Virus record (IMG/VR): IMGVR_UViG_3300025536_000004
Coordinates: 1 to 40,903 of that record
Length of the DNA: 40,903 nucleotides
Strand: one strand, 5' to 3'
Source: a virus
Below, piece after piece: positions 16,248 to 22,921 of this stretch. Every line of letters begins with the position of its first letter. Positions within the stretch are counted from its first letter, which is position 1. Both the position numbers and the translations under genes were made by a program. A model generated the notes under the pieces. The model did no database searches. It was given only the letters and a program-made list of their open reading frames with translations, and had not been told where the DNA came from.

Positions 16248-18368
16248 ATGAAAATATCGAAAATACTATTTACTCTTATCCTCTCCTTTGGCGTGTACGG
16301 CGTTGCTTTTGCTGCTCCTACTTCGACTACAGTACAGAATCTTTTTATCTCTGGCATCAAACCGAACTCAGGAACTTCTACCCTCATTATCACTTCTTCG
16401 GGATTAGTCTCTACTTCTACGGGAGGAAGTAGTTCTGGAGGACTTGCTACCTCAACCCTCGGTCAGTTTACCCCTGGAAATTGTCTTCTTGTTCTCAATT
16501 CTTCTACGGCGATTGCTTTTGATGGTTGTAACTACAACTCTTCAACCGACAACCTAACTGTTGGGACCTCCTCGGTAACTAGATTGAGAATCAGTGGGTC
16601 TGTTATTGATAATCTCGGCGGTGGTGGGAATGACCTTCGACTTACCCCCTTTGGTGGGAATATAGTCTTCAATATTGATGGGGGTAAGCTTTTCCTAGGT
16701 GGTAAAGCTACAACTACTCTTGCTGGGTCTAGTGATGCGACTCAACCTGGATTCCTTTGTATTGGAGATGAAGCGGGAGGTGCTCAATATTGTCTTAATA
16801 GCGCCACTTCAACGGGACTAGGGTTTTATAATATAAACGACGGTAAGCAGTTCTTTATCAAGATGGACTCGCTTACAGACGGAGTTGTCATTACCCCTCC
16901 TGCAACGAGCGGAACCTGGGCTTTAACGAGTGACATCTTAGCTTCCTCAACGTGGCTCAAAGTAGCGAACAATCTTTCCGATTTGAACTCAACCTCTTCG
17001 GCGAGGACGAATATCGGTTACTCTGGGATTTCTCCTATCTCTATTTCTTCCACAGGAACGATTATTTTCACGAATCCAGGTTACATCACAACCTCTACCT
17101 ATAATGCCTCTATAACAGTGGCTACAGTCGCTCCGCTAGGAGGAGGTGGTAGCCTGACTGATGGTGGTACTTTAAGTCTGACCTGCACAACATGTATCAC
17201 TTCTCCTACTTCGCCGGGTGGCTCTGATACTTATATCCAATTCAATAATGCTGGAGCTTTTGGGGGAGTGTCAACCCTGACCTGGAACAGCAGCACACTT
17301 AACTTTTCTTCTCCGACGGGTACATTCTCGGGTCGAGTTGTTGTGCCGCTTGTTTTAGGAAGCACGGGTTCTGGTGGGAGTCTAACCTTGCAATCGACAG
17401 AAGACACAACTAGGGGGACTGTGGACGTGGAGCGGAAGCTCAGGGTTCACACTGGTTCATCTACTACTGGAGGAGGAGTTTATAACTTCATAGATGTTCC
17501 ACTAGATGTAACTCAAAACGGAGTCAATCCATCTTTCCGTATTCTCTTGGTGTCTGGCTCAACGACTTACACCACGAATCCCAATGTTTTTGGTGCTGGT
17601 TCACTTTTCAATTTCAACGGAACAGTTAGGACATCTGGCACTATTGCTATGTCAGCGTTAACGGCATTTGCCAACTCCGCAATCCTTTCGCCAGATATTA
17701 ACGCCTCAACTACGGGTTTCTCTACTAATTCTTTCTTAGATAACATAACTTACACGGCGGTTACAAATGCCAGCGCCACTGCGCCATTTCATCGAGGAGT
17801 ATCTTGTACAAACGTTTTAAATACTGGTTGGAGAATTACTGATTGGTCATGTTTGAGGGTTACTGACCCGACTGGTACGGGGAGTGAGATAACCAGTATG
17901 TATGGAATAGAGATAGTTGCTCTCACGGGACGTTCTAGTACTGTGGTAGCAGGAATCAACTCGGCAATTACTTCTTCTGGTACAGTCCGGTATTTCCTAC
18001 GTTCGACGGGTAATGCTCCGTCGTCTTTAGGGGGAAGTCTATACCTTGGGACTACTACCCCTAACGTGGCATCGGGGACTCTTCACGTTCTAGGAAATGT
18101 TCAACTCTCAGGAAGTTCCACTGTCATTACCCCTTCAATAGGAGGAGGTGCTCTCTTGGCGGGTCAGTGTGCTTCAGCAACTTCTTCAATAGACACCGCG
18201 GTCACTTCCTCAACCGCCGCTTTTATTACCACGCCTCAGAACTATCCTGGTGACGGTTCTGATTGGTACTCCTATCTTTCTGCTCCTGGGGAGCTCACGA
18301 CCAAGGCCTGTGCCATCGTAGCCCTAACTCCGGCAGCAACTTCATATGTGGTGAAGATACTAAAATGA
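16248..18368 (+). CDS. Large tail fibre/spike-like Thr/Ser/Gly-rich protein with a signal-peptide-like N-terminus (706 aa)
   Basis: MKISKILFTLILSFGVYGVAFAAPTST... parallels the 12691 N-terminus; follows the adaptor paralog exactly as in the first cassette. Confidence 0.65.
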   Translation: MKISKILFTLILSFGVYGVAFAAPTSTTVQNLFISGIKPNSGTSTLIITSSGLVSTSTGGSSSGGLATSTLGQFTPGNCLLVLNSSTAIAFDGCNYNSSTDNLTVGTSSVTRLRISGSVIDNLGGGGNDLRLTPFGGNIVFNIDGGKLFLGGKATTTLAGSSDATQPGFLCIGDEAGGAQYCLNSATSTGLGFYNINDGKQFFIKMDSLTDGVVITPPATSGTWALTSDILASSTWLKVANNLSDLNSTSSARTNIGYSGISPISISSTGTIIFTNPGYITTSTYNASITVATVAPLGGGGSLTDGGTLSLTCTTCITSPTSPGGSDTYIQFNNAGAFGGVSTLTWNSSTLNFSSPTGTFSGRVVVPLVLGSTGSGGSLTLQSTEDTTRGTVDVERKLRVHTGSSTTGGGVYNFIDVPLDVTQNGVNPSFRILLVSGSTTYTTNPNVFGAGSLFNFNGTVRTSGTIAMSALTAFANSAILSPDINASTTGFSTNSFLDNITYTAVTNASATAPFHRGVSCTNVLNTGWRITDWSCLRVTDPTGTGSEITSMYGIEIVALTGRSSTVVAGINSAITSSGTVRYFLRSTGNAPSSLGGSLYLGTTTPNVASGTLHVLGNVQLSGSSTVITPSIGGGALLAGQCASATSSIDTAVTSSTAAFITTPQNYPGDGSDWYSYLSAPGELTTKACAIVALTPAATSYVVKILK

Positions 18369-18655
18369 ACGTAGAAGACGTGCAAAAAAACCTAGAGAAT
18401 CATGAGGCAGATGATTTGCATTGGAAGAAAAAAGTCGGAGAACTTGGTCTTAGTGTTGGCAGTCTGGCCGAGGCTCAAGGACAAATGACTAAGGAGATGA
18501 AAGAAGTAAAGCTAATTATTAACGGGTGGATGGAGACTCAGAAGAGCATCGGTTTTCTGGGAAGATTTGTATTGAAGGTAGCAACTTACGCCGGAGCAGG
18601 AGGGGCGATACTGCTTCTTATAAATCAGATCAAGCAGTTATTTGGAATAAGATAA
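18365..18655 (+). CDS. Small protein with a C-terminal transmembrane helix; lysis-associated candidate (96 aa)
   Basis: ATGA overlap with the fibre stop; FVLKVATYAGAGGAILLLINQI hydrophobic tail. Confidence 0.5.
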   Translation: MNVEDVQKNLENHEADDLHWKKKVGELGLSVGSLAEAQGQMTKEMKEVKLIINGWMETQKSIGFLGRFVLKVATYAGAGGAILLLINQIKQLFGIR

Positions 18656-18861
18656 TGGAGAAACTTTATCGCAATTACGATGGTGAGTGGTTTGTAAGTA
18701 TGTGGAAGAATGGCAGATTTTATATAACAAAGGAAGATGGACATACTGTTTTTAAGGAGTTGGTCGATCGCGGAGATGAGACGATTGAGATAGTTGGCCA
18801 CGACAATTGCCCTTGCATGAATCCCCTATTAAATAAAAAACTTAAACTGAAAAAAATATGA
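18655..18861 (+). CDS. Hypothetical protein (68 aa)
   Basis: TAATG overlap upstream, ATGA overlap downstream. Confidence 0.5.
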   Translation: MEKLYRNYDGEWFVSMWKNGRFYITKEDGHTVFKELVDRGDETIEIVGHDNCPCMNPLLNKKLKLKKI

Positions 18862-20216
18862 ATAAAGAAAAAACAATACGTTCGTATGGATTAGACATCC
18901 GAAGAGAACGAGCAGAAAGCCAGGATTCCGATTGGGTATTTGGTTCTAATTCTGGTCCGTGTATCGCTATTATCCCAGAGTCAGAAAGGGAGGGTTATTT
19001 GCCCCAGGGTGAGGTACAGAGGACCGCAAAGGACGATATGATGGATTGTGCCTCCCGGGGGCCATTGAATATCCTAGAGGCCAAATTTACCTATTTATAC
19101 GCTACTGGCGGTATGACTGAGGAGAACGCGAGATGGCTAATGGCTAATGGGTATTTTGTTGATGGTAAAATAGTCCTATCGGATGCGTTTGTGGCCATTA
19201 ATGCTAAAACTACGAGACAAGGTAATTCTTTGAAAGCCCCTCTTGAAGCAATCAGAAAACAGGGCTTGATTCCAAAGGCCATGCTTCCGTTAGAAGCATG
19301 GATGAGCTTTGAAGATTACCACAATCCGACTCGGATTACCGATCAGATGATCCGTCTCGGAAAAGACTTTTTGGAACGGTTCGTTATTAATTACGAGAAA
19401 GTTTACGAAGTTGATTTCCCTCAACTATTAGAAGCGGACATGCTTGATGTTGCTGGTTTTGCGTGGCCTGAGCCGATCGATGGTGAATACCCGAGATCAG
19501 CCAAAAGTCCTAACCACTGTTTCGTTAACTTTAATAAGCCATGTTTTCTCGCCTTTGATAATTATCGAGATAGTTTCGATGGTGATTTCATAAAGAAGTT
19601 GGCTAGCAACTATGATTTTATGGAGTATGCGTACAGAATCTATATCTCAAAGGAAGTAACTGTAGCTCAAAGGATCTCGTGGCTATCTCAGTGGGCATCA
19701 ATCTTAGTGAACTTTCTTACTTTCAAGAAAGCGGCCGAAAAGGTAATTGAAGAAAAAAAAACAGAAAATAAACCAATGACGAAAACAGAATCTCCAGCAG
19801 AAATATTATATCGAGTCGCAAAATCTAACCTTGGCAAAGATGTAACTCCAAATGACGTTGTGGCTGATGAAGTTGCTTGTGCTGAAACAGTCAATGCCAT
19901 CCACAAGCAGGCTTTTGGTGATGAAATTGGAGGTGGAGCTTCTACCTTCAAGATGTGGGAGGCAATTAAAAAAAGGAAAGACTTTGTAGAAGTATCTGGT
20001 TATGAAGTCGGAGCAATTATCATTTCCCCGACCGGAACTAGAAACAGAGAAACTGAATTAACTCATGGTCATGTAGGAATTTGCGGAAACCATCAGATCA
20101 TGTCTAATAACTCTTTAACGGGAATCTGGGATACCTACTTCACTAAAGAAAAGTGGGAAAAATATTATAGAGATAAAGGAGCCTACCCGATTTATTACTA
20201 TCGAAAGGTCGCTTAA
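18858..20216 (+). CDS. Putative endolysin with two Cys-peptidase-like domains: papain-like N-terminal, CHAP/NlpC-P60-like C-terminal (452 aa)
   Basis: N-terminal Q...DCASRG...NHCF order. C-terminal VACAETVN (Cys) ... HGHVGICG (His) ... SNNS. Flanked by small membrane proteins. Confidence 0.5.
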   Translation: MNKEKTIRSYGLDIRRERAESQDSDWVFGSNSGPCIAIIPESEREGYLPQGEVQRTAKDDMMDCASRGPLNILEAKFTYLYATGGMTEENARWLMANGYFVDGKIVLSDAFVAINAKTTRQGNSLKAPLEAIRKQGLIPKAMLPLEAWMSFEDYHNPTRITDQMIRLGKDFLERFVINYEKVYEVDFPQLLEADMLDVAGFAWPEPIDGEYPRSAKSPNHCFVNFNKPCFLAFDNYRDSFDGDFIKKLASNYDFMEYAYRIYISKEVTVAQRISWLSQWASILVNFLTFKKAAEKVIEEKKTENKPMTKTESPAEILYRVAKSNLGKDVTPNDVVADEVACAETVNAIHKQAFGDEIGGGASTFKMWEAIKKRKDFVEVSGYEVGAIIISPTGTRNRETELTHGHVGICGNHQIMSNNSLTGIWDTYFTKEKWEKYYRDKGAYPIYYYRKVA

Positions 20217-20233
20217 AATGGTAAAATAAAAAT

Positions 20234-20497
20234 ATGTTAAAAACTATTTGGGATTGGTTGGTTACAAGTTCAAAAAATCCCGCTCAAACTTCCCTTACTT
20301 TAAGGGCTGGACTTCCTTTTATCGCCGCACTTTTACAGATATTCGGACATCCGATTAATACGGAGGCTCTCGGAGAATTAGGAGATCAGTTCGTAAACGT
20401 CTTAGTTCTTGGGGTTGCTTTCGTTACTGGCATCATTACGTTTTATGGAGCTGGCCGAAAAGTTACTACCACAGTCGGGAACATGATTGGTAAGTAG
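20234..20497 (+). CDS. Holin-like small membrane protein, two predicted TM helices (87 aa)
   Basis: LPFIAALLQIF and VLVLGVAFVTGIITFYGAG hydrophobic segments; next to the endolysin. Confidence 0.5.
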   Translation: MLKTIWDWLVTSSKNPAQTSLTLRAGLPFIAALLQIFGHPINTEALGELGDQFVNVLVLGVAFVTGIITFYGAGRKVTTTVGNMIGK

Positions 20498-20561
20498 GTT
20501 GGTTCAGGGGGACTCTTAATCCCTCTGGTCGAATCCACTGACCTTGATAAAGGAGTCACAT

Positions 20562-20771
20562 ATGAAATGCGGGAGGTGTAAAAATGAGTGCATCCTTCTC
20601 GGAAGCAACTCACGAACCACGTTCTACAAGTGCGAGTGCGGTCCTTACTACTACCATACTCCACTACGGAGCGGTCGTCGGACTGTTCGTGGTGGGGGTC
20701 TTAACGGCCATTCTCTTAGTGCCGTTGGTACTACTCGTCGTGACAGGATGCGTACTCAGTCAGTACATTGA
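20562..20771 (+). CDS. Zinc-ribbon-like small ORF (69 aa); only the first ~33 aa look protein-like
   Basis: AAGGAG 6 nt upstream. MKCGRCKNEC...YKCECG CxxC/CxC pairs. The remainder is Arg/Gly-rich and overlaps the 20584 ORF out of frame. Confidence 0.4.
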   Translation: MKCGRCKNECILLGSNSRTTFYKCECGPYYYHTPLRSGRRTVRGGGLNGHSLSAVGTTRRDRMRTQSVH

Positions 20772-20796
20772 CACTGATAGTCTTTGGGAGGACTAG
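20584..20796 (+). CDS. Small membrane protein ORF (70 aa) overlapping the zinc-ribbon ORF in the +1 frame
   Basis: GGGAGGTG 5 nt upstream. C-terminal two-thirds strongly hydrophobic (GAVVGLFVVGVLTAILLVPLVLLVVTG); the N-terminal 25 aa look like out-of-frame sequence. Confidence 0.45.
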   Translation: MSASFSEATHEPRSTSASAVLTTTILHYGAVVGLFVVGVLTAILLVPLVLLVVTGCVLSQYIDTDSLWED

Positions 20797-20817
20797 ACAA
20801 CCTAGCCTCCCTTTTTA
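20786..20817 (+). terminator. Rho-independent terminator closing the late/lysis operon
   Basis: GGGAGG 20786-20791 / CCUCCC 20806-20811 stem followed by TTTTT. Confidence 0.6.
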
Positions 20818-20819
20818 TT

Positions 20820-20854
20820 CATTGTCAACCCCTAAAAACGACATTGTAAACCCC
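20820..20854. repeat. Two 13-nt direct repeats CATTGT(C/A)AACCCC, 22 bp apart
   Basis: 20820-20832 and 20842-20854 differ at one base. Confidence 0.8.
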
Positions 20855-20867
20855 ACGATAGAATAAA

Positions 20868-20883
20868 GTTATCAATTGATAAC
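20868..20883. promoter_or_regulatory. Perfect 16-bp palindrome GTTATCAATTGATAAC (operator-like); extra half-site TTGATAAC at 20974-20981
   Basis: Self-complementary by inspection; the half-site sits 5 nt upstream of the -35 at 20987. Confidence 0.6.
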
Positions 20884-20986
20884 CATGGATAAATACTTTT
20901 GGTACTACATACTTACTTTTATAGCCGTCATTTTAGGAACGGCGGTTGTTATTGGTTCCCTGGTATAGGGCTGTTGATAACTTTCT

Positions 20987-21015
20987 TTGCAATTTTCATG
21001 AAAACTTTAGATAAT
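20987..21015 (+). promoter_or_regulatory. Sigma-70-type early promoter candidate TTGCAA-N17-GATAAT
   Basis: -35 20987-20992, 17-nt spacer, -10 21010-21015; first promoter-like site after the late terminator. Confidence 0.45.
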
Positions 21016-21021
21016 TAAGGT

Positions 21022-21130
21022 AGTTTGTTGTGGTTGGGCCGTTGAGTCCCCCGACAAGAATACGGCCACATATATACCGAGGTTGAGAGCTACTTGTGTC
21101 CCCCCACATTTAGCTCTCCCTCCCCCCTTT
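21022..21130 (+). ncRNA. Candidate small RNA / 5' leader with two hairpins carrying C-rich loops and a C-rich tail
   Basis: Hairpin 21037-21067 (GGCCGU/ACGGCC; inner GUC-CCCC-GAC). Hairpin 21085-21118 (GAGAGCUA/UAGCUCUC; inner UGUG-UCCCCC-CACA). Tail CCUCCCCCCUUU 21119-21130. Confidence 0.4.
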
Positions 21131-21278
21131 GAAAAACGTATCTCTAGAAGAAGAGGGTGTTGGTGGTGGATTATTGAAGCCACAAAGCTTTCTTCTGTTG
21201 TTTCGTGTGAGGAGGAACCAATCGGGTGTATTTATAAATCATCGGATTGGCTCGTCTTCTAGGGATACATGATTCTTT

Positions 21279-21359
21279 GAGTGATGCGCGTAAGGGCGAA
21301 AGCCTATGTAAAAACTTCCTACCAAGGTACCATTGGACTGGAGACTACGCGTATCACTC
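21279..21359 (+). promoter_or_regulatory. 81-nt structured RNA element 25 nt upstream of the first early gene: 14-bp closing stem and two inner hairpins
   Basis: GAGUGAUGCGCGUA 21279-21292 pairs with UACGCGUAUCACUC 21346-21359 (one G.U). Inner GGGC-GAAA-GCCU hairpin and CCAA-GGUACCA-UUGG hairpin. Confidence 0.5.
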
Positions 21360-21383
21360 AGTGAATCTAAAATAAATAAAATT

Positions 21384-21745
21384 ATGCAAGTATTGTTTCT
21401 CGATATAGACGGTGTGCTTAATACGGCAAAATACATCCAAGAGCACGGAGCAAAAGATGTAGACCCCCATAAAGCGGTTATATTAAACGACATCGTTAAG
21501 AGAACGGGCGTTAAAGTTGTTCTCTCCTCCACATGGCGGGAAGACCCAGAATTGAGTGCGATAATCCAACGAGTTGTCCAAAACCAACCCGACAGATGTG
21601 TCCTGGCCATAAGGTATCAAAATATGCTTGTGTAGATGACTCACCCGATTTTTTGGAAGGACAGCCTCTTTTCAAGACTGATTTTATGGAACGGGGATTG
21701 GACAAGGAACTAGCTGAAGAGATAGTTAATTATTTCAATGGATGA
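21384..21745 (+). pseudogene. HAD-superfamily phosphatase-like gene split over two frames (21384..21635 then the -1 frame to 21745)
   Basis: Frame A: MQVLFLDIDGVLN...VVLSSTWR (HAD motifs I/II), stopping at 21633. Frame B continues with KYACVDDSPDF... (motif IV-like DD). Confidence 0.5.
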
Positions 21746-22130
21746 TATTCCGATACGTAGGTTAGTTATATCCCTTATTCTTGTAATGGTTTCCTTTTTC
21801 TTCTTTCTCAATTCCCCCGTTTTTAGGTCCAAGGTGGAGATTGTACGACCCGACCCTCAAACGCCCCGTATATCGCATTTAAACGCTATTAATAAGCTTG
21901 TAGCGTGTGAGTCATCAGGCCGAAATATAACGATTATGGATTCAAATGGACGTTGGAGCCGAGGAATCCTTCAGTACCAAGACCGAACCTGGGAATGGTT
22001 CTCTAAATTGAGCGGAATCAAAGGAACTTCAACGAACCCGACTGATGCTATCGCCATGACGGAATGGGCAATCGAAAACGGGAAAATAGGACACTGGTCG
22101 TGTGCTCACTTATTAGGAATGGTAGACTGA
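21738..22130 (+). CDS. Membrane-anchored Rpf/transglycosylase-like protein (130 aa)
   Basis: N-terminal TM LVISLILVMVSFFFFL; ACESSGRN...GILQYQDRTW resembles the transglycosylase-like CES.G...GLxQ...W motif. Confidence 0.5.
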   Translation: MDDIPIRRLVISLILVMVSFFFFLNSPVFRSKVEIVRPDPQTPRISHLNAINKLVACESSGRNITIMDSNGRWSRGILQYQDRTWEWFSKLSGIKGTSTNPTDAIAMTEWAIENGKIGHWSCAHLLGMVD

Positions 22131-22372
22131 TGCCTAAAGGAGTTTATGAACGAACAGTAGAAAGTAGGTTAGAGACCTTGCAACACAAGGCGGCTTGTTG
22201 GAGTCAGTATATTGGGGTAAGCGGTCAAAAGTACAAAGGATTCTCCGATGAGTGGAGTTTCAGAAAAACATATGCCTATCGGTGTAAGTGTGGAATCTAT
22301 TTTGAAAGCCTCACTCAAGGGAAGAAATGTCCTAAATGTTTATGGGGACAAAATGTGCGATTATACGTATGA
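22130..22372 (+). CDS. Small zinc-ribbon protein (80 aa from ATG 22130)
   Basis: CTGATG stop/start overlap; CKCG...CPKC motif. Confidence 0.5.
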   Translation: MPKGVYERTVESRLETLQHKAACWSQYIGVSGQKYKGFSDEWSFRKTYAYRCKCGIYFESLTQGKKCPKCLWGQNVRLYV

Positions 22373-22487
22373 TATATTTAAAGTAAGGACTAAAGGACGA
22401 AGCCTAGTTAACCTCACAACACGCTTCAGACCCCACCCTCCCACGACTTATCGTGTCTCAGCGATTAAGCCTGATAGGTTAAGTCGG

Positions 22488-22520
22488 CCCCTCGCTTGCA
22501 TAGGAGGGGTTTTGTCTTTT
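22488..22520 (+). terminator. Rho-independent terminator
   Basis: CCCCUC 22488-22493 / GAGGGG 22504-22509 followed by TTTTGTCTTTT. Confidence 0.65.
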
Positions 22521-22584
22521 ATACTTATATTGTCTTCAGACAGTTTTAGTTATCCCTGAATCCCTCGATTTTTTCGGGGGATTT

Positions 22585-22593
22585 TGGTATGAT
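22585..22593 (+). promoter_or_regulatory. Extended -10 promoter TGgTATGAT with no protein gene behind it
   Basis: ttTGgTATGATagatat, directly after hairpin 22560-22582. Confidence 0.4.
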
Positions 22594-22599
22594 AGATAT

Positions 22600-22790
22600 A
22601 TTGTTCTTTGAATGATTGGGTGGTGGAATAAGACACAGCGAGAGTACGCCGACTAGCCAGTTACTCCACGCAGTAAAACAAGAAAGTTCCTCGTAGGAAA
22701 AACGAGGTAGCGGTAACCTTGCGATTTTAATCCGAGGGTAGACGACTGGCGTTACATGTAAGGTGGAAGTCCTTACCCCAATCACTCAGA
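22600..22790 (+). ncRNA. Candidate ~190-nt structured RNA upstream of the third HNH gene
   Basis: Closing helix UGAUUGGG 22613-22620 / CCCAAUCA 22777-22784. Hairpins CCUCGU-AGGAAAA-ACGAGG 22689-22707 and GUAAGG-UGGAAGU-CCUUAC 22758-22776. No credible ORF. Confidence 0.4.
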
Positions 22791-22794
22791 GAAT

Positions 22795-22878
22795 AAAAAA
22801 CCGACCTGATAAGATTTAATCGGTCGGACAAAAAGCTCTATAGTTAGCATTTCTTGTTTTGGGACAGAGCTACTGCCT
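22795..22878 (-). ncRNA. Candidate ~85-nt minus-strand small RNA with its own promoter and terminator
   Basis: Minus strand: TGtTATAGT (22893-22885), stem AGCUCU/AGAGCU, then CCGACC-loop-GGUCGG (22827-22801) followed by UUUUUU (22800-22795). Confidence 0.4.
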
Positions 22879-22884
22879 CTATTT

Positions 22885-22893
22885 ACTATAACA
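22885..22893 (-). promoter_or_regulatory. Extended -10 promoter TGtTATAGT on the minus strand
   Basis: Reverse complement of 22885-22893 (actataaca). Confidence 0.4.
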
Positions 22894-22921
22894 ATTGAAA
22901 ATTGATTTGGTTACGGTTTTA

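Noticed and set aside
21533-21635. Canonical -1 programmed frameshift site for the split HAD gene
   Set aside because: No X XXY YYZ heptamer in the zero frame anywhere in the overlap, and no obvious downstream pseudoknot. Kept only as a pseudogene/indel/non-canonical possibility.
22801-22827. Hairpin as a + strand terminator for the structured RNA
   Set aside because: On the + strand it is preceded by A6 and followed by ACAAAAAG, with no U tract. It is oriented as a minus-strand terminator, although weak bidirectional function cannot be excluded.
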